Shown here piece after piece: positions 27,741 to 35,180 of a stretch of 64,000 nucleotides of DNA. Made by a program: the position numbers and the translations under genes. The stretch is from a virus. The first letter of the stretch is position 1; the number at the start of each line of letters is the position of its first letter. The notes under the pieces are model-generated. The model was not told the origin of the DNA. It ran no database searches and saw only the letters and a list, made by a program, of their open reading frames with translations. Location: the IMG/VR virus record IMGVR_UViG_3300029413_000164; one strand, 5' to 3'.

Positions 27741-28646
27741 TTGGCAAGACAAAATACAGTATTTCTACTCGGCCAGGTATATAAAGAGCCGAAACTTAAG
27801 GCTGCCGAAGACGGCGGTTATGCCTATGCCATGTGCTACGTGGATGTTGTGAGAAGTCCGCGAAACGTAGAAGATGGAAGTTCATATGCAAGACATGATA
27901 TACCGGTTATTATAACAAAAACACCTGTTATAGCAACCGAAATGAGCAACTGGAAAAAGCATGACATAGTGTTAATCAAGGGTGTTTTCACAACAAGAAA
28001 TATCAACAAGACATCACACTGTCCGCACTGCGCAGAGACCGGACATGATCAGGCGAATGTATCAGCAGGAACTTTGGCTTATATCGAGCCTATTTTTGCA
28101 GAAAAGATTGCGGAAATGGGAAGCGACGAAGAAGCCGCAAAATATCTCGCAAAGCATAAGGAAATTTCCAATCAGATTTACTTCATAGGAAACCTTACAA
28201 GAGACCCTAAAAAGATAAAGACTGAAAAAGGTGTGGTTTTAACACAGTATCAGATTGCCGCAAACAGAAAATTCAGGGCAAAGACAGACCTGCCGGAAAA
28301 CAGGACAGATTATCCGTGGGTAAAGACATACGGAGAACATGCGGAAGAGGACAGAAACCATTTACACTGCGGTTCGGGAGTGTTTGTTGATGGAGCAATA
28401 CAGGCAAGAGCAGTCAAACGTACAATGAAATGTCCTGTGTGCGGAGAGTTTTATTCATGGAAAGACAAAACAATGGAGATAGTCGCTTACGCGACGGAGT
28501 ATCTCAGTAATTTCTATACAGATGAAGAAATTGCAAGCATGAGAAATGCAAAGTTAAAAGACAGCCTTGCAAAGATTTACGGCGAGGATGAAGATGAATT
28601 TTTTGACGATGATGTACCAGAGGATGAGATTCCGGTGGATGAATAA
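27741..28646 (+). CDS. Divergent two-OB-fold SSB-like protein with CxxC pairs
   Basis: Two OB-like halves, two CxxC pairs (CPHC, CPVC) and an acidic C-terminal tail DDDVPEDEIPVDE. Confidence 0.45.
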   Translation: MARQNTVFLLGQVYKEPKLKAAEDGGYAYAMCYVDVVRSPRNVEDGSSYARHDIPVIITKTPVIATEMSNWKKHDIVLIKGVFTTRNINKTSHCPHCAETGHDQANVSAGTLAYIEPIFAEKIAEMGSDEEAAKYLAKHKEISNQIYFIGNLTRDPKKIKTEKGVVLTQYQIAANRKFRAKTDLPENRTDYPWVKTYGEHAEEDRNHLHCGSGVFVDGAIQARAVKRTMKCPVCGEFYSWKDKTMEIVAYATEYLSNFYTDEEIASMRNAKLKDSLAKIYGEDEDEFFDDDVPEDEIPVDE

Positions 28647-28663
28647 AAGGGGGATAGCAGAAA

Positions 28664-28840
28664 ATGAGCGCAAAGAAAATCATAGGATGCTGCATCGCAG
28701 GAGCTGCAGTATGCGGGGCTGCTATTGCAGCTGTTAAAATCGTTATGGATATTCTTGAAGAAAGGAAATATGTCAGTGTCAGAAAACGCGACCGCAAAGA
28801 CGATGACGAATGGGATGAGGACATAGCTGAAGAATTCTAG
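28664..28840 (+). CDS. Small membrane protein, 58 aa
   Basis: ATG with an AAGGGGGA RBS. N-terminal hydrophobic segment and an acidic C-terminus. Not in the ORF track because it is under 60 aa. Confidence 0.4.
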   Translation: MSAKKIIGCCIAGAAVCGAAIAAVKIVMDILEERKYVSVRKRDRKDDDEWDEDIAEEF

Positions 28841-28909
28841 GATACGAAGATCAGAAGGGGGCGGAGAAATCCGTCCTTTTTTGTGTGTATTATATGCAAA
28901 CCGTGTGTT

Positions 28910-28962
28910 TCTTATATAGAAAAGCATTTGCAGTCAGAAAATCTAACATACTGTATATAGAA
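28910..28962 (+). promoter_or_regulatory. Element-type bipartite promoter
   Basis: CTTATATAGAAAAGCAT, 17 nt, then AAAATCTAACATACTGTATATAG. Confidence 0.55.
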
Positions 28963-29007
28963 ATACGAGAATCAAGAGGTTTGCAATTAATAAGAGGTTA
29001 ATTTTTT

Positions 29008-31203
29008 ATGGAACAAATATATAAAAAAGTATTATTGGAGAAAATTTTATATCCATACGGAGTAAGGCATGTGGAAGATGAGTTTGCGCTGCTTTTATGC
29101 ACAGACGAAACAGGAAAGTCCGTTAAATTCAAAATGCTGTCAGGAACAGTCAGAACAGGGGATGAGTATCATGTTACATACCATACAGAGAATGATTCCA
29201 GATACGGAGAAACTAATGTCATAGACAGCATCCTTGAATATGATGACCTTGACTCAACTGTCGGAATCAGAAAATTTATTTCAAAAATCACAAGCGGCGA
29301 CATTGCCAAAAGAATCAGTGATAAATATGGAATGAAAATAATAGAGGTCTTAAATAAAGAGCCCGATGAGGCCAAGAAAGAGCTAAAGACTGTTAAGGGC
29401 ATAGGAAGCGCGCGCGCACAGATTATCATTGATAAATACAATGAAAAGAAAAGTCTTCTTGCGGCTACCCTTGCACTTGGGAAATATGGATTTACAGAAC
29501 CGCAGCTTAAGCTGATAAAAAACTTCTACAAGGACATTACAAAAGCGGTCTGCGCCATTCAGAAAAACATATATGCACTGACATATATAGATGGAATTAA
29601 ATTCCACGATATTGATAAAAAGGCGCTTGACCTTAATTATCCATGCAACGACGGCCGCCGCATGATAGCGGGTTTACGTTACTGTTTTATACAGGCACTG
29701 GACAGATATGGCTGGTCATATATGAGGGAAAAACAGATTTATGCCATGGTAAATGAGTGCAAAATCCCAAACTTTTCGCCTTATGTCAAATCAGCAATTA
29801 ACTATATGGTTGAGCATAAGTGTATCAACATCACCGGAGCACAGAAAGTGTATTCACTGTCCAAGCTTTACAATGTGGAAGCGGATATAATGAGAGAGCT
29901 TTACAGAATAGCTGCCGGAAATATAGAGAGGATATCAGACTCTGTTCTTCAGGAACACCTCGATAATTTAACTACATACAATGAGGACCAGCTTGATTTT
30001 GTGAAAAAAGCTGCAAATTCAGCACTTTCTGTTGTTACAGGAGCTGCCGGTACAGGAAAAACATACAGTGTGCAGGGCGTGGTAAGCCTGTTTAAGCATG
30101 AAGTATGCTACGGCTGTGCTCTTTCCGGAAGAGCTGCTGCAAATCTAAAAGAAAGTCTTGGAAAAGTGGAATGCTCAACAATACACAGAGCCATTCCAGA
30201 GCTGATGGGAAATTTCGGGGCAAACAATGAGAATTTTGACAATGCAAAGGTAATCATTGTTGACGAGAGCACGATGATTGACGGAGAGATTTTTCTCACA
30301 CTGCTTAAACATGTGAAGACCGGCACAAGACTGATACTGATGGGAGATATAAAACAGCTTCCGCCTATCGGAAAATGCCAGATATTCCATGACATTCTTC
30401 TTTCCGAGCAGTTTACATATTCAAACCTTACAAAGCCTTGCCGTCAGGATGCAGACAGTGGAATACTTGCCTATTCATTCAAGGTTGTTGAGGGAGACAT
30501 TGAAGGAAGATATAAAATACTTGATAATTTTTCAGACATTTCAGAAGCAGACTACGGCCTGGATGCGATAGAAAATTATTTCTTCGCAGAGCTTGAAAAT
30601 TATAACTCGCTGCGCGAAGTGCAGATATGCATGGCAATGAGAGCAGAGTGTGCTGTGGTAAATGAAAGGATACACAACAAACTTAAAGAAAAAGGCATTT
30701 TAAAAGAAGCAGAGCTTAAGCTTAAAAAGAAGTCGGGCGACGAGCTCAAGATACAGGTGGGAGATAAGCTGATTAACACAAAGAACATATATAAAGACCT
30801 GTATGACCAGAATGGAAACAATGCAACATGCATGAATGGCGAAATCGGCATTGTCAAAAAGATAGAATTTGGCATTGTAACAATTGCCTTTATTCAGAAT
30901 GACCAGATTGTGGATATTAACTTTGAAAAGTCACAGCTTGAGAACATGGAATACGGCTATGCGTGCACCTGCCACAAGCTGCAGGGAAGTGGTTTCTCAT
31001 CTGTTATTGTCGGTATGGGAAACAGTTTTTGCGGAATGTATACAAGGGAGTGGTTTTACACTGCGGTAACAAGGGCAAAGAAAAATGTGAAGATATTCAC
31101 CACGGACACAGCTTTAAAGCATGCTTTCTATAACTGTGAAACAAATAAAAAGCAGACCTTCCTTGAGGCGATGCTAAACAAAGATGAAAGACTTGTCGGC
31201 TGA
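29008..31203 (+). CDS. RecD2-like (Dda-like) superfamily-1 DNA helicase
   Basis: HhH segment LKTVKGIGSARAQ, Walker A VVTGAAGTGKT, Walker B IIVDESTM, and a C-terminal SF1 domain. Confidence 0.7.
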   Translation: MEQIYKKVLLEKILYPYGVRHVEDEFALLLCTDETGKSVKFKMLSGTVRTGDEYHVTYHTENDSRYGETNVIDSILEYDDLDSTVGIRKFISKITSGDIAKRISDKYGMKIIEVLNKEPDEAKKELKTVKGIGSARAQIIIDKYNEKKSLLAATLALGKYGFTEPQLKLIKNFYKDITKAVCAIQKNIYALTYIDGIKFHDIDKKALDLNYPCNDGRRMIAGLRYCFIQALDRYGWSYMREKQIYAMVNECKIPNFSPYVKSAINYMVEHKCINITGAQKVYSLSKLYNVEADIMRELYRIAAGNIERISDSVLQEHLDNLTTYNEDQLDFVKKAANSALSVVTGAAGTGKTYSVQGVVSLFKHEVCYGCALSGRAAANLKESLGKVECSTIHRAIPELMGNFGANNENFDNAKVIIVDESTMIDGEIFLTLLKHVKTGTRLILMGDIKQLPPIGKCQIFHDILLSEQFTYSNLTKPCRQDADSGILAYSFKVVEGDIEGRYKILDNFSDISEADYGLDAIENYFFAELENYNSLREVQICMAMRAECAVVNERIHNKLKEKGILKEAELKLKKKSGDELKIQVGDKLINTKNIYKDLYDQNGNNATCMNGEIGIVKKIEFGIVTIAFIQNDQIVDINFEKSQLENMEYGYACTCHKLQGSGFSSVIVGMGNSFCGMYTREWFYTAVTRAKKNVKIFTTDTALKHAFYNCETNKKQTFLEAMLNKDERLVG

Positions 31204-31431
31204 CAGGTCTTTTTTCTTCGTTTTAAAAAGAAAAAACCTTTATTGAGCCTGATGATTTCAGCAGAAAAATAAAAGCAGAAAAACTTGATGAGTACGTTGA
31301 AAATTCGTACATCTTAAAAGAGCTTGCTGAATACGTAAAGGACAATACTGAAAAGCTCCTCGAAGGAAAACTGAATAACAGCAAAAAGGCGTCTGAATAA
31401 GGCGTCTTTTTTTGTGCACAAAAAATGAATG

Positions 31432-31460
31432 AAAAATCTATCATACTTATAATATAGGCA
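31432..31460 (+). promoter_or_regulatory. Element-type promoter
   Basis: AAAAATCTATCATACTTATAATATAGG upstream of the 31481 start. Confidence 0.5.
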
Positions 31461-31480
31461 TAAATAAAAAAAACAGGAGG

Positions 31481-32572
31481 ATGAAATTTATGTTACTTAT
31501 CGTAATACTTATTATTCTTGCAGTAATTGTTTTGGCAAATGTAAGGACTGTACATCAGGGACACGTACAGATTGTGGAAAGACTTGGAAAATTCCATGAT
31601 GCATGGGGAGCAGGACTCCATGTTAAGGTTCCCTTTATTGATGCAGTCAGAAAAGATGTATCTCTTAAAGAGCAGACATATGATTTTCCAGAGTCACAGA
31701 TGATTACAAAGGATAACATTGTTATTGTAGTAGATTCCGTAGTTTACTCTAAGGTATTCGATGCACAAAAATATTACTATGGCATTGAGGATCCGGTATT
31801 TGGTATTGAAAATCTTACAACTACAACTTTGCGAAGCATTGTAGGCTCAAAAAACTTCGATGAGCTCTTAAACGGCCGTGACGCAATCAACGCACAGCTT
31901 AAGCAGGAAATTGATTCCGCAACAGATCCATGGGGCATTTCAATTACCAGAGTAGAAGTTAAAAAGCTTCAGGCTTCAAGAGAGGTGCAGGAGACGATGC
32001 AGAAAGAAATGACTGCTGAGCGTAACAAGAGAGCCACAATCCTTGATGCTGAAGCACACCAGAAGTCAATTATTACAGCTGCAGAAGGTGACAAGAAAGC
32101 GGCTATCCTTGCTGCAGAAGCGCAGGCTGAGTCAACAATCAAAAAAGCAGAGGCAGATGCAGAAGCAATCAGAAAGGTTGCAGAAGCAAGGGCGTATGAA
32201 GCACAGATTATGGCTGATGCAATCGGTTCAAGTTCATACGTTACAATCAAGGGCTATGATGCTCTTAAGGAAGTTGCTGACGGAAATGCTACAAAGATTT
32301 ATGTACCAGCTGACCTTGCGTCAAACATTGTCAGGGCCGGAGTTGAAGGCGACAGTTTTGTTGAGGGATTTAAGAGCCCTGCTGCAAAGAAGCATGTTGA
32401 AAAGCCAAGAATCGACCACTGCGAGACGAAGAATGCAGCACATAAGGAAGATGCTGCGCAGATTGGTGACATGATTGATAGTAAGAGCGGCTTCACAGCG
32501 ACATCAAAAAAGTCGGACAAAAAGAACGGTGAGCTTACGGATGCGATTGTTGAGGCGCTTGGACTTAACTAG
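31481..32572 (+). CDS. SPFH/band-7 (stomatin/HflK-like) membrane protein
   Basis: N-terminal TM helix, an SPFH core (VVDSVVY..TLRSIVGS) and a coiled-coil tail. An alternative start lies at 31490. Confidence 0.65.
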   Translation: MKFMLLIVILIILAVIVLANVRTVHQGHVQIVERLGKFHDAWGAGLHVKVPFIDAVRKDVSLKEQTYDFPESQMITKDNIVIVVDSVVYSKVFDAQKYYYGIEDPVFGIENLTTTTLRSIVGSKNFDELLNGRDAINAQLKQEIDSATDPWGISITRVEVKKLQASREVQETMQKEMTAERNKRATILDAEAHQKSIITAAEGDKKAAILAAEAQAESTIKKAEADAEAIRKVAEARAYEAQIMADAIGSSSYVTIKGYDALKEVADGNATKIYVPADLASNIVRAGVEGDSFVEGFKSPAAKKHVEKPRIDHCETKNAAHKEDAAQIGDMIDSKSGFTATSKKSDKKNGELTDAIVEALGLN

Positions 32573-32592
32573 AAGCAGGATTATATAAGGAT

Positions 32593-32627
32593 AGTCTCCC
32601 GGTAATAAGCTGGGAGATTATTTTTTA
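32593..32627 (+). terminator. Rho-independent terminator
   Basis: TCTCCCGG...CTGGGAGA hairpin followed by a T-run. Confidence 0.6.
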
Positions 32628-32636
32628 AATAATAAA

Positions 32637-32692
32637 AACTTATATAGAAAGCCATAATAAAGGAATAAATCTATCATACTTATGGTGTAAGA
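32637..32692 (+). promoter_or_regulatory. Element-type bipartite promoter
   Basis: CTTATATAGAAAGCCAT, 17 nt, then AAATCTATCATACTTATGGTGTAAG. Confidence 0.6.
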
Positions 32693-32737
32693 AAAAATGT
32701 GCTACAGGCACTGAATTATCAAAGGAGGACATAAAAT

Positions 32738-33010
32738 ATGTCAAAGACAGAGTTAGTCGCAGCAATTGCGGAGAAAACAGGACTTACAAAGAAGGACTCA
32801 GAGGCGGCAGTAAATGCATTCATTGGAACAGTAACAGAGCAGCTCAAAAAAGGCGAGAAGGTACAGCTTATCGGATTTGGTACATTTGAGGTATCTGAGA
32901 GAGCAGCAAGAACAGGAAGAAATCCACAGACTGGCGCTGATATGACAATTGCAGCATCTAAGGCTCCTAAGTTCAAGGCTGGAAAAGCACTTAAGGAATT
33001 GCTCAATTAA
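32738..33010 (+). CDS. hup: HU/IHF-family DNA-binding protein
   Basis: 90-aa ORF with a classic HU sequence (GFGTFEV...RNPQTG). Confidence 0.8.
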   Translation: MSKTELVAAIAEKTGLTKKDSEAAVNAFIGTVTEQLKKGEKVQLIGFGTFEVSERAARTGRNPQTGADMTIAASKAPKFKAGKALKELLN

Positions 33011-33054
33011 GCGCTTAGACACAGCGGAGTATAACCAAAAAAATTTTACGATTT

Positions 33055-33540
33055 TTGAAAAACACAGCATATATGCTAAACAAAAAGATCCATCAGAAAA
33101 TGATGGGTCTTTTTTCTTACGTCAATGCAGAAGAAATCTCAGTTTTTGCTTCAAATAATGTAAATGCCGATATTGTGCTGATGCAGAAAGATATATATTT
33201 AGACCTTACCAATTTTGAAAAATATTTGAAGCGGTCGTTGAAGAACAAAGGTATTAATACAGATAATATAAAAATTCAAACAGGTAACACAGAGACAGAA
33301 GATACAAGCGATTCGGGCACTTCTACAATGTTTAATGAATTTACCGCGCAGAAGGTTGACGTGACAGCTGCGATAACAGCAAAAAGTGGTAACAATATTA
33401 TTACACCTTCTAACAAAGTTTGCGTATATAATAGTATATAATATAATCGCCAAAACGGATTATCAACCGGATGCTAAAGCGGAAGCTATAATATTGGACT
33501 CACACTGACAAAGGAATAAGAAAACGCAGATTAAGGATAT
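33055..33540 (+). pseudogene. Degenerate, frameshifted copy of the shared C-terminal module (remnant)
   Basis: About 85% nucleotide identity over roughly 200 bp to 42964-43170 and 54133-54338. The reading frame is broken after ...KVCVYNSI. Confidence 0.5.
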
Positions 33541-33566
33541 AGCTAATGGCTATATCCTTTTTTTTG
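33535..33566 (+). terminator. Rho-independent terminator (shared-repeat copy)
   Basis: GGATATAGCTAATGGCTATATCC hairpin followed by a T8 run. Confidence 0.6.
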
Positions 33567-33586
33567 AATTTTGATGTTTTTTAGAA

Positions 33587-33615
33587 AAATAAAAATCATA
33601 CTTATATTATAAGAC
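33587..33615 (+). promoter_or_regulatory. Element-type promoter (first of a tandem pair)
   Basis: AAAAATCATACTTATATTATAAG. Confidence 0.5.
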
Positions 33616-33649
33616 AGTATACAATGCCTGAAAAATATAATACTTTTTA

Positions 33650-33705
33650 AAAACTTATATAGAAGGCCATAAATGAAAAATATTTCTATCATACTTATGA
33701 TGTAG
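33650..33705 (+). promoter_or_regulatory. Element-type bipartite promoter (second of the tandem pair) ahead of the RNA gene cluster
   Basis: AACTTATATAGAAGGCCAT, 17 nt, then TTTCTATCATACTTATGATGTAGC. This is the closest match to the consensus. Confidence 0.6.
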
Positions 33706-33823
33706 CGGTGAGAGCCATACATAAAACACAAAACACACTATGCCCACGGTCAAGTCCGTTAAGTTCGTTTTTATGCGAAGAACCGACAGGGAGAAGCAGA
33801 GAGGCGAGAAGAGGCATAATTGT

Positions 33824-33895
33824 CGCAGGATACGTTAACGGCTAACCCCAAGGCTCATAACCTTTGGAATGCGGGTTCAAATCCCGCTCCTGCAA
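33824..33895 (+). tRNA. tRNA-like element with a CAU anticodon loop (possibly degenerate)
   Basis: Good T-arm (GCGGGTTCAAATCCCGC) and acceptor 3' strand, and a CTCATAA loop. The D-arm does not fold canonically. Confidence 0.3.
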
Positions 33896-33920
33896 CTAAG
33901 CCTTAAAAAGCTTTACATCC

Positions 33921-34218
33921 GGGGTTGTAAAGGTTTCGACAGGGTTACAAAAGTGCAGAATTCGCCCGAGTGATGACGCAATCATCAAAACTTAAAATTA
34001 AACGCAAACAATAGATGTTTAGCAGCAGCCTAATGGCTGCACCAAAACGTTCCAAGATAATGCTGGTAGGGGCTGAGGTTCAAAAACAAGCGTGTTAGAA
34101 GTTCTCTGTATACATAGGAACAGAGTGGTGGGCTAGACTGGACTACAGGCGCAAAAACGGCGTAAAGGTTCTGTATGAGTACTAATTCTGGACACGGGTT
34201 CGATTCCCGTCAGCTCCA
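33921..34218 (+). ncRNA. ssrA: tmRNA (SsrA)
   Basis: 5' end GGGGTTGTAAAGGTTTCGACAGGG matches the tmRNA consensus GGGGnnGnnnnGGnTTCGACAGGG. Internal tag-like reading frame ...ANNRCLAAA followed by TAA. 3' tRNA-like end GGACACGGGTTCGATTCCCGTCAGCTCCA. Confidence 0.65.
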
Positions 34219-34240
34219 TATCCGGCATGACCGGGAAAAT

Positions 34241-34312
34241 AGAAGGATAGTGTAAGTGGTAGCACAGTGGTCTCCAAAACCACAAATTTGGGTTCAAATC
34301 CCAATCTTTCTG
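34241..34312 (+). tRNA. tRNA-Trp (CCA)
   Basis: Manual cloverleaf: acceptor AGAAGGA/TCTTTCT, anticodon stem GTGGT/ACCAC with loop CTCCAAA, T-arm TTGGGTTCAAATCCCAA. Confidence 0.6.
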
Positions 34313-34385
34313 CTGCATGGGAAATCCTGTGCAACATAAGCAACCTTTCAAATATGTACAACGTGACAGCAATGCTGCCACGCAT

Positions 34386-34459
34386 GGCTCCGTGGTCTAG
34401 CTGGTTAGTGATACGGCCCTTTCAAGGCTGTGACGCGGGTTCAATTCCCGCCGGAGTCA
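34386..34459 (+). tRNA. tRNA-Glu (TTC)
   Basis: Acceptor GGCTCCG/CGGAGTC, anticodon stem CGGCC/GGCTG with loop CTTTCAA, T-arm GCGGGTTCAATTCCCGC. Confidence 0.6.
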
Positions 34460-34646
34460 TTCTGCCATTGTTTCCATTCTTTTGCGGTGGCAGACTCATA
34501 AAAACCTCATAATTATAAAAGAAGCAGGGCTAAGCTGCTTCGTCTCCCATCTGCCATCAGAGCAGCATTGCAGGTGCAGTTCCTGCAGGGAGATTTTGTC
34601 GGATAAGAAAGGTCTCTGCCGACTATTTTTTGATTCCGGACATTTA

Positions 34647-34720
34647 GTGCCCGTAGCTCAATTGGTTAGAGCATCCGGCTCATAACCGGACGGTCGAAGG
34701 TTCGAGTCCTTCCGGGCGCA
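34647..34720 (+). tRNA. tRNA-Met (CAT)
   Basis: Acceptor GTGCCCG/CGGGCGC, D-arm GCTCAATTGGTTAGAGC, anticodon stem TCCGG/CCGGA with loop CTCATAA, T-arm GAAGGTTCGAGTCCTTC. Confidence 0.65.
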
Positions 34721-34723
34721 TTT

Positions 34724-34773
34724 TATCCAGTACTAAAACTGCCTACCGACTGTTTCGGTACTGGATATTTTTT
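34724..34773 (+). terminator. Rho-independent terminator closing the RNA cluster
   Basis: 9-bp stem ATCCAGTAC/GTACTGGAT followed by a T-run. Confidence 0.6.
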
Positions 34774-35180
34774 ACGATTGCGGAAAAGCAAAACATTGTC
34801 TGCATTAAGCTCATTATAACGGCAAATAATGCAGACGTTTGCTTATGCGTTAGGTTCCTTCTACGAATACATATGGATCATTTATAAATTACCTGACGCG
34901 ATTGCCACAGTCTTTGTTCCGGCTATGTTAAGACTTCCTTCTTAATACTACAGATTAAAACACATTTTTTTAGTGTTGATAATTTCCGGAACGTAATAAC
35001 AATTGAAAAGCAGATATGCCGCAGCTTCCTTCTTTCTCAAAGGTCTGATAAACTTTAAAGTTAGCTGTAACAATCACTGCGAAACAGGCTATGATAGCAG
35101 TTCCTTCTATATGCAATATTGAGGAAAACAATTTTTCACTGCTGTCAATTCCCAGTTTTTATCAAAGGAGAAAATTCATT

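Noticed and set aside
31381-31412. AGGCGTCT...AGGCGTCT as a simple terminator hairpin
   Set aside because: The two GC blocks are a direct rather than an inverted repeat. Pairing works only through the flanking A/T runs with G-U wobbles, so this is plausible but weaker than the other terminators and is not listed as a feature.
33824-33895. A confident fourth tRNA (CAU anticodon) upstream of the tmRNA
   Set aside because: The T-arm, acceptor 3' strand and anticodon loop are good. However, the D-arm cannot be folded with a normal loop length and the first acceptor pair is mismatched. It is kept only as a low-confidence tRNA-like or pseudo-tRNA.
35091-35180. ORF-track start at 35091 for the TerD gene
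   Set aside because: That stretch has no start codon with an RBS. The ATG at 35181 has AAGGAG 10 nt upstream.
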